IMG/VR virus record: IMGVR_UViG_2910903598_000005
Span: 5,058 to 69,057 of that record
DNA from: a virus
Lineage: Duplodnaviria; Heunggongvirae; Uroviricota; Caudoviricetes
DNA: 64,000 bases
Strand: one strand, 5' to 3'
Position numbers and translations under genes: made by a program. Positions 1 through 9,812 of this stretch are shown here, piece after piece. The notes beneath the pieces were generated by a model. The model searched no databases, was not told the origin of the DNA, and saw nothing but the letters and a program-made list of their open reading frames with translations. Position 1 is the first letter of the stretch. Each line of letters opens with the position of its first letter.

Positions 1-347
1 TGTGCAAATAGTCGTTCCATGCCTACCTTTTGGTCTGTTAATAATGCGGCTTGCTCTCTCATCATGTCTTTGATAACTTGAATATCCTTATTCTGATTGC
101 TCAAAATCTGTGTTAGTTTCTCCAAAGTTTCTGTATGCTTATCGATCATTAAGCGTTGTTGTTCAATCACTTCTTTTTGATGTTTCTTTTCTAATGAGGC
201 TCGTGTTTCAAACCCAAACTTTTCGTTTAATTTGGAAGTGACATCAAAAATTTTATCTGCAAACAAAAGAACCGCAAAGACAAACACTGTCAATGCAGCC
301 CCATGTTGAGATAAAAAATTAATTATAATATTCCAATTTTCTATCAT
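1..347 (-). CDS. Holin-like/hemolysin-like membrane protein (partial, runs off the window start)
   Basis: Not in the ORF track. ATG at 347 with GAGGT SD; open frame to position 1 (MIENWNIIINFLSQHGAALTVFVFAVLLFADKIF...), one N-terminal hydrophobic helix then coiled coil; lies downstream of tail genes. Confidence 0.6.
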   Translation of the reverse strand, partial: MIENWNIIINFLSQHGAALTVFVFAVLLFADKIFDVTSKLNEKFGFETRASLEKKHQKEVIEQQRLMIDKHTETLEKLTQILSNQNKDIQVIKDMMREQAALLTDQKVGMERLFA

Positions 348-390
348 GTAATTACCTCGATTATTTTATAAAAATCACTCCTTTAAGTCT

Positions 391-819
391 TTACCAAACA
401 TATTCTGGTTTTTCTTCTCCAAATAATAAATATCTCAACCAATCATCTGTAACAATACACACTGCACTCAGTAAAATCCATAAAATTGTATAAGGTAAGC
501 AAATCTGCCCAAGTACATTAAAAGGCATCTGAGAGTAATCCCAAATGCCTAAACCTAACCATAAATTTAAAATACAACCTACTATGAATTCCATTACAGT
601 AACAATCAATCCTCCGAGAACCATTTGCTCACGAAAGGGCATAAGATGGTAGAAGAAGCGACTGTTATTGATCAGTCCAATAAGAATGAAGCAAGTACCG
701 CCTAACACTCCCATTGTCCAGTGCGTGTATCCTCTCCAGATGATCTCAATTCCACAATAAGCAAATGCCCCAATGAAAAATAGGACAAGATATTTACATG
801 ATTTCTTCACATGTAACAT
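391..819 (-). CDS. Multi-pass membrane protein, putative ABC-transporter-permease (CmpB/TMEM229)-like
   Basis: 142 aa; motifs IEIIWRGYTHWTMGVLGG and WDYSQMPFNVLGQICLPY recognised from this family. Confidence 0.65.
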   Translation of the reverse strand: MLHVKKSCKYLVLFFIGAFAYCGIEIIWRGYTHWTMGVLGGTCFILIGLINNSRFFYHLMPFREQMVLGGLIVTVMEFIVGCILNLWLGLGIWDYSQMPFNVLGQICLPYTILWILLSAVCIVTDDWLRYLLFGEEKPEYVW

Positions 820-824
820 TCTAT

Positions 825-1247
825 TTATTCACCTTCTTTTTGATCTTCGTTCTCACTTTCATCTTTACAAATAAGCTGTAAAATCATGATGTCTCCCTCA
901 AGAATTCCTTGACAATTCTCAATAACATCACAAACTTCGCTAAAAGTCATTCTCATCTTATGGAACTCAACCCCTGAGTTTTCCATGCTTAAAGGATTAA
1001 ACTCTGCTAAGAATTTCTGTCCGTTCTCTGTGCTATTGATCTGGGCATCAGTAGTGATATCATATTTCTGTAAGAGTTTGCGTTTTTCTTCAAAATATTC
1101 CTTCAGCTCTTCTTGAATCTTTCTAATATTCTTGGCAAGCCCAGCACTTAAAGTACATGGTACTAATTCACTGTTTTTCATAAGGAATGCATAAATTGTA
1201 TTTAACTGTCCTAAGATCATATCTGCCTGCATATTTGTCATTTCCAT
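825..1247 (-). CDS. Hypothetical phage protein
   Basis: 140-aa ORF with AGGAGA SD, tightly packed in the operon. Confidence 0.7.
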   Translation of the reverse strand: MEMTNMQADMILGQLNTIYAFLMKNSELVPCTLSAGLAKNIRKIQEELKEYFEEKRKLLQKYDITTDAQINSTENGQKFLAEFNPLSMENSGVEFHKMRMTFSEVCDVIENCQGILEGDIMILQLICKDESENEDQKEGE

Positions 1248-1274
1248 ATTAATTTTCTCCTTTTCTCTGTTAAA

Positions 1275-2069
1275 CTAATTATTCTTCAGTCGTAACTGAA
1301 TCTTTTCCCCTGAAGGAGTAGTAGGTTCTGTCGACTGTACAGGAATTACTTCATATTTAATTTCAATCTTGTCCAATTCTTCTTTGCTAGCAGAACTAAA
1401 AATCTGTTGTTTGATGACATTCATCTGCTGAAAGTAAGGATAGACAAATGCCTTGATCATTGCTGTTAACTGCACAAATTTCTCAGCAGTGAATGTTTCA
1501 CACGCACTCTTCTTACTATGCCATTCAAGAGTTACTTGCTGACCAGCACTAGTAAGAGCTTGATATTGCATAAAGTTCAGAGCCATTTCATTCTGATCTT
1601 CTTCAGATACTCCATAAGGCTTATCATTGAATTCTACACTCTGACTTGCTAAGAACTCAGCGAGAGCAGCTTTGTTTTTCTCCTGTAAATAGTTCTTGTA
1701 CTCATCAAGAGTCAGTGTGTTAATATCAACAACCTGATTGACTTTTTCATCAAGTCGCTGTACCTGTTCTACAATATTTGCTCTTGTAAGAGATACAATC
1801 AGCGCATCTTCCCATTCTCCATTTGTGTTGTTATATAATCCCTGTTGTAAAGAGATTTCTTTATAATTGTTAAAGCATGTGTAAGTTGCAATCTGCACAT
1901 CATCTCTGTAGATGTCTAATGTTTTAAAATTTGTAAATGCTGATTTAACCGTTTTTAGATCATATGTGCAAACGACAAGTTTACATTCCATGTCAAAAGT
2001 CATGCTATTAAACTGCATAAGATTAAATACTTTGTCGTCAGAGCTGTCTAATTTAACTGTGTATACCAT
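1275..2069 (-). CDS. Tail-associated protein, DUF4376-like C-terminal domain
   Basis: 264 aa directly after the tail fibre; C-terminal LEWHSK...FTAEKFVQL...YQQMNVIKQQI...ELDKIEI pattern. Confidence 0.55.
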   Translation of the reverse strand: MVYTVKLDSSDDKVFNLMQFNSMTFDMECKLVVCTYDLKTVKSAFTNFKTLDIYRDDVQIATYTCFNNYKEISLQQGLYNNTNGEWEDALIVSLTRANIVEQVQRLDEKVNQVVDINTLTLDEYKNYLQEKNKAALAEFLASQSVEFNDKPYGVSEEDQNEMALNFMQYQALTSAGQQVTLEWHSKKSACETFTAEKFVQLTAMIKAFVYPYFQQMNVIKQQIFSSASKEELDKIEIKYEVIPVQSTEPTTPSGEKIQLRLKNN

Positions 2070-2104
2070 ATGTATTTCACCTTTCTTTTTTGTAAAATTG
2101 CATA

Positions 2105-2131
2105 CAAAAAGAGCAGTCCGAAAACTGCTCT
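2105..2131 (-). terminator. Intrinsic terminator after the tail fibre gene
   Basis: Minus strand GAGCAGT-TTTCGG-ACTGCTC followed by TTTTT. Confidence 0.7.
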
Positions 2132-2165
2132 ATGTATGTTTTGTTATTTAGTTGTTTATCCGTTC

Positions 2166-5100
2166 TTAAAGTCCAAGCTTTGCTTCAATTGCTTGCAAGC
2201 GAGCTTCTAGGTCGGCTTTTTCTTGTTTGACTTTGATAAGTTCTTCTTTTGTAGATTCAAGTTCTTTGTAAATATGCTGTACCATATAAGTGGTGGGCGC
2301 AATCAGTTCATCGTATGCAAGGGTATATTCTTCATGCATATCTTTTACACCATATAACTTTTCTGCTTTTTCTGAATCAATTGCATGAGTTGCACATATA
2401 CCATAAGATTTGTCTGATTCTTGACCATAAGCATTTAAAATCCGTTCAGTTTGTTGGGCTTTAAATCCAAAATGGTATTTATCATCGGTGTCATTTTTAA
2501 ATTGATATTGAACAGGCTCTAGGCTCATATATGTATCAATGAAATTATCATCGAAATGAGAGAAGTTTTGTTTGATTCTTTCATCGGATGAATTTCTAAA
2601 ACCTTTTCGAGAGCTAACACCACTTGTGTCGATGTACATCATTCCAGAACCAGAATCTCCATTTACGTAAAACGCATGATATCCAGCATAATAGTAAACA
2701 TTGTTTGTGTTATTATAATATCCACATGAAAAATAACAATCCAATTGGTTTTGCCATGTATAATGTGCGTTTTGTCCTGCATAAACCCAACTATTTGCAA
2801 TAAGATCGTTGTTTGAAATAATATTGGAATCACAACGTAGTTTGCCACATACAAGCAACTGTTCTGGCGTATTTGCTATAATTCGGCAAGTATAGTCAGC
2901 ACTACTATACGCACTATGGAAATCAATAAATGGAGTATTCCCATATAATTCAATTGATCCGTTATTATCTGAATTTAGCTGAATTTTATTGTCGCCAGAA
3001 ACCGCATGAATTTTGCCGTTCACCACGACATCTCCTTCTGTTTCAAGAGCATTATATTTAGATGTATCATTTGATTGAACGTATAACGCCCTTGAAGAAT
3101 TTCCATATATATTTATCCCCTTAGTAGACTGTATAGAACACCACCCCATCATGCTATCTAAACCTATGCTAAATGATGAATTAATAACATCTCCGCCAAC
3201 TTGTGTAATGTTTTGTTCCATATAAATACGAGTAGCACTTATATACCCATCTTTTAGACTATATTGTGCATCATAATTCGAAGCTGAAGAAGTATTTATA
3301 CAATAATCACTTTGTGCAAGTTGTATTTGGGAATCATTATATATAAATGATCTTGTTTGCCAATAAGGAATATTATGTCCAACAGATACTTGCTGCGAAA
3401 CAAAATGATTTATATATTTTTGAGATAAAATGAATGAATCTTGTATTTTCTGTTTTTGATACATTGTTTGTGCATCGTAAGTCGTAGCAGAATATATTTT
3501 TATAGCATTTTCGTCAATACCAGAATATAAACCATTTGTTGCTATATTCCAACCACCGACTGTACCTTTTGTGGCATTAATCAGCCCACTCAGGTTCGCA
3601 TTACTGGCAATCAAATTACCATTTGAATCCCAACTTAAATTAGGACTCGTAAAGCTACCATCGCTCAGATTCAAAAATGATCCCTGCGTACCACCAGAAG
3701 AGATGTAGTTGCGAGATTTAATGGCATCTGTTGCGATTTTGTCTGCTGTGATAGAACCGTCTACGATAAGAGTTCCGCCATACATTCTACGAACAGATAA
3801 ATTTCTAATCTTTGTTGTGCCTTCAAAGTAATATCCGTTTGATTGTAAAAATACTCGGAATTGTTTTGTAGCTGTAGAAGTAGTAATTGTAGTTTTTACA
3901 TGTATTGATGGAGCGGTTTCAGATCCAGTAATTCTATCTGCATACCAAATATTTGTTGCTTTGTTTGGAAGCCCATTAGAACCAACAGTTCCTGTATATC
4001 CATAAACACCAATAGCTACACCAATATAATTTTTAGTGTCAGTTGAATTATTTGCTCCCTTGGCATTGGTGGAAATATCATATTCGATAAGATAACTTTC
4101 ACCACCATTGCAAGGGAATATTTCAGAAATAAACTGATCTCGCTTAATATTTTTCGTACTAAACCATGTACCATCTGTATCGTCAGTCACTGTGAATCCG
4201 TATGCATCTGCTGTATCTCTGGTCAACTGAGAATAGTTCGTAAAGTCAGCTAATGCTATCTTACTAGCAGTAATAGTATTCGCTTTAATCCATCCACCGT
4301 TAATCTGTGCTGTATCGCTTACTGCCCCATCTGTCCATTTTTTAACCATTGAGTTAAGGCTCGTTGTTGATGAACCATTATTAGTGACCCAGTTAACAGC
4401 ATTAGAAGAGTAGTTTTTGGCATCTGTTAAAGCTTGACTTGCTTTATTAGTTGCATCCTGAGAAACATCTTCAGGAGCAGGTGTCCAGTCTGTAGCTTTA
4501 TTACCAACTTCAAGCTTGACATTTGTAATCGTAATATCGCCCACTGCGTTTGTACAACTAAACGACAATGTACCTCCTGCGTTCGTGTCCAGGCTTGTAA
4601 TTTTTGTTGTATATCTAGCATAAGAAGTTGTTAGAGTAATATCATCGCCCCAATCTGCTGTTGATCTACTTGGTCGAATTTTTTGCCCTGTCACACTTGA
4701 TTTTGCTACAAACGAAACAGTGTAAGTTTTATTTTTTACCCATACATTACTTGTAGCCCAAAAAACTCTTCTTTGGTTAACAGCAGTAAACTTTAAAGCA
4801 TGTCCATATACAGAATCAGAAACAACAGTCATGTTTGAACATCCATCGTTAGTTACGTTAGTTAAGGTCCTAGAAAGATTGCTGTTGATAATTAGATTCC
4901 TGCCACCAACCTCTAAACCATCGACTTTACTCTGTGCTACTTTCCCAATCTCACTCTTGGCATCGCTGCTTAAACTCTCAAAAGTAACTTTCCCTTTCAA
5001 ATTTATCTTATTAGCAACAATATTCAAAAAATCATCTGTAAGCACCATGCTAGATGATTTATCTCCACCCTTAACAATCCATTCAAACTTTTTAGCAGTC

Positions 5101-8100
5101 TGATTAGCAATAGTCTCTACATTTACAATCTTTCCATTTACATCTTCTGGTGCTAGTGTGAAAGGTGTAGCAGAAGTACCACGTTCGATCTTTAGGCAGA
5201 TTTGTGAAATGTCGGAGGGAGTAATTTGTGTTTTTGTGCCGTCTCCCCATTTTAATGCAATGGCTATGTATTTTGCATCACCACAATTAAACATTCGTGG
5301 AAAAGAGGTGTTCCAACCGTTTAGATTATGCTTTCCCATATATCTTTTATTAACATCAAATAATATTACATAATGATTAAGGACTTCTTTTGAAGAATTC
5401 TGTGTAGCTTGTGCCGAAATTGTTATATCACCAAATACAGGAATTAATTCTTTAATACGAATCTGTGTTTTCTCAGAAACTTTCACTTCAGAATATGTTT
5501 TATTTTTAGAATCATCTTCGACTACGAAACTTCCTTGCTCCCAATTAGAAGGCAGATTGCTTACCAAGTTTTGTCCGTTGATTTCATCGTCCTCAGGTGC
5601 TGGTGTCCAATCGGTTGCCTTGTTTCCTTTTTCAAGCTTCCATTTATTAAACTCAAAACTTAACCCAGTCTGGTTGTCACCTATGCAACCGCCATTAATT
5701 ACAATATAGAGTGTGTCAATAGGAGCAGTAAAAGTGATTACGCCACGCTTAATGCTTGTAACTGTGTTCTCTATAGCATATTGTCCATCTGTAATGATAT
5801 TTGTAGGTGCTGCGTTTGTTGGTATAGATGTTGATAAATATACACCATATTTTTGCCCGCTAAGATAGTTGTAGGCTTTATTAACCTTATAGTCAAAAGA
5901 CAGAATATATTTTTGTCCTTTTGTAATTGAAATCTTCTTATAAACATTTTCCCATTCTCCACGTGTAGGAACATAATCTATGTGATTTGAGTAATCGTTA
6001 TTTGTAACTTTACAATGAGCTGGATATAAATTTTGCCATTTAGACATATTACAATCGTCTTTGGTTAGTAAATTCCTACCTCCAATCTCAAGTCCATTAA
6101 ACTCATCTTTAGTTGTATAGGTCTCGCCAATAGTTTTCTTAAACTGTTTTTCACTCTCAATGGTTTTGTTATAGTTGTTCACAAACTCATCAATTCTGTC
6201 TGATCCACCAACAGTGGTCATGACTTTCTGCATTGTTGTTGCAACACCTTCGATGTTAGTCGTGTTTTCCACCAACTGATTTGTAATGTGTGATTGTCTA
6301 GCAACAGGAGTACCATAGTAACAGTTCATGAGTTGGCATTCTGAGATAGCAGAAATAGCATCTTTGAAGAAAAACCATTCATTTCCTGTTGTTTCTTGCA
6401 TAACAAATTCAATACAGTTCCAACCCTCTATAAATGTACAATTAAAATCTCTTCCTATGTTATTGCTATCAAGTCGTACCGTTCCTTTATCTGAAATAAT
6501 TAATTTTCCATTAACGTATATTGAGCAAGAACTACTATGTGCCCACTTTGTCGAAAATGTCTTTTTAGCAGACATTTTAACAAAAGTTAAACCATAGCCA
6601 ATATAATTATTTTCATAATCTAAAAGCGTCCACTTGTTATCATCAAATACCAAAGTGCGACTAGGTGTAAGATTTTTATTCCTTATAAAAACACCAATAT
6701 CATATTTATTCTGATCCTCTGGCTTATCCGTAAACAAACTCTTAGGATAAATCTCATATCTCCACTTATTCAGCCCTTCATTCGCTTTGCTAATATCACC
6801 TTTGACCAAGTTCAAATCTTGCTGATAAGTATTCTTTTCCACTCTTTGTTCAATGGCTTGCTTGTTTTTATCCACCTTTAAACTTACATCAGAGATCTCT
6901 GATTTGGTAGATAAAATCGCTACTTGGACATCCTCTGGAGCAGTAGAATATCCTGTCGCAGAAGAGCCTTTTTCAAGTTTAAACTCAGAAAACCAAACAG
7001 TAGAAGCGGCATCCATTTTAAATATTAAGGAAGTCTGGTATGAAGTTGTGGTTGGATGCATTTGAATTTCATATCTTTTCCAATCTGTACTCAGTGCAAC
7101 ATTTGTATCTTTGGCGTAAGAATCATAAGCATATCTTGCACTAAAATTACAAGCTATAGATGCTTTTGCGTAAAAAGACAAAGTATATTTCACGTCTGTT
7201 TCTGTGAATTTTACTTCGTCTAAATTCAATCCTTTGATTCGATAGATTAAGTCTTGTCCACTGCTGTCACCAGCTTTAGTTCCAATAACTTTTAATGTGT
7301 TGAAATTATTATGTTTAACAGATGTATCAATTGTTGCTGTATATGTGCTCCCTCTTAAAATTAATCCCCATGTAGTATAAGTGCTTGTATTGATAGTTTC
7401 ATCGGTCTTAGCAAAATTACTATTCCAAAGTAAATTCCTACCATCACCAATATCACTCACGTCATAAATCTTAGCAATACTACACGTATCATAAAAACTA
7501 CTATCGTTGGCAACAGCTCTGAAAGTAACCATAGTAACAGCGTCACTATATAGGCTACTATCTTTGCTAACAGTTAACACGTTATTATTGATCGTCAAGC
7601 CTTTTTGTCCACTCACAATATCAGCGAAGCTCACTCCACCATCAATGCTGTATTGCCATTTACCAAAACTGATTTCTCCTTGAATAGTAGGTTTAATTGT
7701 GATTGCGTTTGGTGCAAATGTTTTACCACCGTCTGTAGACTTGAAGTATTGAGATGAAGGTGTGATAGAGAGGTTTTTGGCATCAGCCCCACTTTCGGCA
7801 ATAACATGATTAATACATTCTCCTGCTAAATCTCCGCTATCAGTTGTGCTCTTATAATAGACCGTATGCGAATTACCCTCTGTGGACGTTCCCATAACTG
7901 TAAAAATATCTCCAACTCTACAATTGTTACGAGTATTAGATGAATCATCAAATGTATCTTTATGACCTACTGCACCAACTTGGCTCCACCAAAATTCGGT
8001 CTTATTAGGTCTTTGGACACTTGCCACGATACCATTTCCCTTATCCCCATATACGCCAATAACTTTAGGTGTGCTAATAGGTTCACTCGTACCATCTGAA

Positions 8101-9758
8101 TATTTAGTCTGATAACAATTCCATAAATATTTTTTATCCGCAGTGAGTTTTTGGGTTGTAATGTCCGTACTCCAACCAGAAGTAGAAAAAGTTACTCCAG
8201 AGGCTTGAGATGTTGCTAGGTAGTATTGAACTGTTTCAGAAACTCCACGACCTTCGAGATCTTCTGGATGAGGTGCCCAAGGTGTGTCTACTATACCTTC
8301 TGTGAGTTTGAGATTTTTGATGATTGAATAACCAACTTTTGAAAGGGCGTCACCAAACATATATATTACCTGTCCATCTAAGTTTGGCAATGTTGTACCG
8401 CTTGTCATTTTTAATGAAACGTGCTCCCATGTTTCATTCCCTAAAACTTTACAAGCAATATCATTCGCAAAGAACACTTTTTGTCCACCACCGGTTTTGA
8501 TATTGTGTAAAATTTTCCCTGATCTATTTGTTTTAATATCGTAAGATAAAGTATAAGTAGTTGATGCTTTTAAACTCTTAAGCATCTCATAATCTGAAAA
8601 ATCGCAAAATTGCCATTCATTAGACGCAATTGGTTCTGTACATATTAATTTTACAGCATTTATACTGTCCTCCGTAGTAATAGATTCTACAGAATATTTT
8701 CCAGATGCTCCTACATTAATCCAGTGCTTACTACCTTGATTGGTTTCTCTCAGCATATTGAAAGCAAATTTCTCCCCATCAACCCCTTTATAACTCACAC
8801 TATAAGAAGTAGTCTCTTTCCCATCAGAATACTTAACATAAGTCTTAGTCCACAAATACTGCCCTTGATCGCAACTTGGCATTGTTGTACTCCATGTACC
8901 TGTAGGAGCAGTAGTTCCACTTGTACTAACTTGATAAGTAACCTCTGTTTTGCTTACAGTCACAGAAGTCCCGTTTGTACCGTTTGTACCTTTGTAAGAT
9001 ACACTGTATGCTTCAGTCTTATTACCATCTGAGTATTGTACTGTAGTTTTAGTCCAGAGATATTGACCATTTGCAACCGTAGGAACAGTAGTTGACCACG
9101 TTCCTGTAGGTGCTGTTGTGCCAGAAGTTGATGATTGATATGTAACTGATTTAGATGTGATTTTTACGGAAGTACCGTCTTTACCGTTCTTACCTTGATC
9201 GCCTTTCTTTGCACAAGTCCAAGTAAGAATCTTTTTAAAAACAGTACCTCCAACAGTAATAGGAATCTCAATTTCTCCGCTATCATTTGGTAAAGGATTC
9301 CCATTAACAACAGAAATCGCAATAGCTGTATTTGTTTTAGCCACTGCGATTCCTTGTGTTTTTGCTATATCCCCAATTGTAAAATCTGTAACAGGTTTTG
9401 CCCCTTTCATAATAGTAATTCCAGAGGTGTACGCCTGTTCAGAAAGTGGGTTTCTATTCTTATCTGTAGCAAAAGAAATATTTTCATTCTCTAAGAAGAT
9501 TGTATAGGCATCTTCACCTTTTTTACCATCAGCACCCTGTATCTTAGTCCAAGCATACTGTGTAGGATCATTTGATTCTGTAGAGCTTTCATTATTGTAA
9601 GAAATACCAATGTAAACTGCTCCATTAGGATCATCGGTCATTCCTGTGCCATTTGCATCTTTGGCATATTTAATCCAAGTATAGAGAATTTTACCGTCTT
9701 CTCCTTGTTGTCCATCTTTTACAAATAAGACATCTAATGTATTACTTTCTAATACCAT
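2166..9758 (-). CDS. Tail fibre/receptor-binding protein with repeated carbohydrate-binding-like modules and a C-terminal S74-type intramolecular chaperone
   Basis: 2530 aa; YTWIKYA and GxxG collagen-like stretches; five (G)RNL...KLExG...APED modules; C-terminal SSDERIK...YDELIAP plus coiled coil. Confidence 0.85.
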   Translation of the reverse strand: MVLESNTLDVLFVKDGQQGEDGKILYTWIKYAKDANGTGMTDDPNGAVYIGISYNNESSTESNDPTQYAWTKIQGADGKKGEDAYTIFLENENISFATDKNRNPLSEQAYTSGITIMKGAKPVTDFTIGDIAKTQGIAVAKTNTAIAISVVNGNPLPNDSGEIEIPITVGGTVFKKILTWTCAKKGDQGKNGKDGTSVKITSKSVTYQSSTSGTTAPTGTWSTTVPTVANGQYLWTKTTVQYSDGNKTEAYSVSYKGTNGTNGTSVTVSKTEVTYQVSTSGTTAPTGTWSTTMPSCDQGQYLWTKTYVKYSDGKETTSYSVSYKGVDGEKFAFNMLRETNQGSKHWINVGASGKYSVESITTEDSINAVKLICTEPIASNEWQFCDFSDYEMLKSLKASTTYTLSYDIKTNRSGKILHNIKTGGGQKVFFANDIACKVLGNETWEHVSLKMTSGTTLPNLDGQVIYMFGDALSKVGYSIIKNLKLTEGIVDTPWAPHPEDLEGRGVSETVQYYLATSQASGVTFSTSGWSTDITTQKLTADKKYLWNCYQTKYSDGTSEPISTPKVIGVYGDKGNGIVASVQRPNKTEFWWSQVGAVGHKDTFDDSSNTRNNCRVGDIFTVMGTSTEGNSHTVYYKSTTDSGDLAGECINHVIAESGADAKNLSITPSSQYFKSTDGGKTFAPNAITIKPTIQGEISFGKWQYSIDGGVSFADIVSGQKGLTINNNVLTVSKDSSLYSDAVTMVTFRAVANDSSFYDTCSIAKIYDVSDIGDGRNLLWNSNFAKTDETINTSTYTTWGLILRGSTYTATIDTSVKHNNFNTLKVIGTKAGDSSGQDLIYRIKGLNLDEVKFTETDVKYTLSFYAKASIACNFSARYAYDSYAKDTNVALSTDWKRYEIQMHPTTTSYQTSLIFKMDAASTVWFSEFKLEKGSSATGYSTAPEDVQVAILSTKSEISDVSLKVDKNKQAIEQRVEKNTYQQDLNLVKGDISKANEGLNKWRYEIYPKSLFTDKPEDQNKYDIGVFIRNKNLTPSRTLVFDDNKWTLLDYENNYIGYGLTFVKMSAKKTFSTKWAHSSSCSIYVNGKLIISDKGTVRLDSNNIGRDFNCTFIEGWNCIEFVMQETTGNEWFFFKDAISAISECQLMNCYYGTPVARQSHITNQLVENTTNIEGVATTMQKVMTTVGGSDRIDEFVNNYNKTIESEKQFKKTIGETYTTKDEFNGLEIGGRNLLTKDDCNMSKWQNLYPAHCKVTNNDYSNHIDYVPTRGEWENVYKKISITKGQKYILSFDYKVNKAYNYLSGQKYGVYLSTSIPTNAAPTNIITDGQYAIENTVTSIKRGVITFTAPIDTLYIVINGGCIGDNQTGLSFEFNKWKLEKGNKATDWTPAPEDDEINGQNLVSNLPSNWEQGSFVVEDDSKNKTYSEVKVSEKTQIRIKELIPVFGDITISAQATQNSSKEVLNHYVILFDVNKRYMGKHNLNGWNTSFPRMFNCGDAKYIAIALKWGDGTKTQITPSDISQICLKIERGTSATPFTLAPEDVNGKIVNVETIANQTAKKFEWIVKGGDKSSSMVLTDDFLNIVANKINLKGKVTFESLSSDAKSEIGKVAQSKVDGLEVGGRNLIINSNLSRTLTNVTNDGCSNMTVVSDSVYGHALKFTAVNQRRVFWATSNVWVKNKTYTVSFVAKSSVTGQKIRPSRSTADWGDDITLTTSYARYTTKITSLDTNAGGTLSFSCTNAVGDITITNVKLEVGNKATDWTPAPEDVSQDATNKASQALTDAKNYSSNAVNWVTNNGSSTTSLNSMVKKWTDGAVSDTAQINGGWIKANTITASKIALADFTNYSQLTRDTADAYGFTVTDDTDGTWFSTKNIKRDQFISEIFPCNGGESYLIEYDISTNAKGANNSTDTKNYIGVAIGVYGYTGTVGSNGLPNKATNIWYADRITGSETAPSIHVKTTITTSTATKQFRVFLQSNGYYFEGTTKIRNLSVRRMYGGTLIVDGSITADKIATDAIKSRNYISSGGTQGSFLNLSDGSFTSPNLSWDSNGNLIASNANLSGLINATKGTVGGWNIATNGLYSGIDENAIKIYSATTYDAQTMYQKQKIQDSFILSQKYINHFVSQQVSVGHNIPYWQTRSFIYNDSQIQLAQSDYCINTSSASNYDAQYSLKDGYISATRIYMEQNITQVGGDVINSSFSIGLDSMMGWCSIQSTKGINIYGNSSRALYVQSNDTSKYNALETEGDVVVNGKIHAVSGDNKIQLNSDNNGSIELYGNTPFIDFHSAYSSADYTCRIIANTPEQLLVCGKLRCDSNIISNNDLIANSWVYAGQNAHYTWQNQLDCYFSCGYYNNTNNVYYYAGYHAFYVNGDSGSGMMYIDTSGVSSRKGFRNSSDERIKQNFSHFDDNFIDTYMSLEPVQYQFKNDTDDKYHFGFKAQQTERILNAYGQESDKSYGICATHAIDSEKAEKLYGVKDMHEEYTLAYDELIAPTTYMVQHIYKELESTKEELIKVKQEKADLEARLQAIEAKLGL

Positions 9759-9812
9759 TTATAGTTTTCACCTCCAAAATTAGTTATTATGCATTTGTTT
9801 TCTCTATCCAAC

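Noticed and set aside
1275-1320. Possible frameshift at the end of the DUF4376-like gene (alternative frame reads KDSVTTEE*)
   Set aside because: Affects only the last few low-complexity residues and cannot be judged without homologues.
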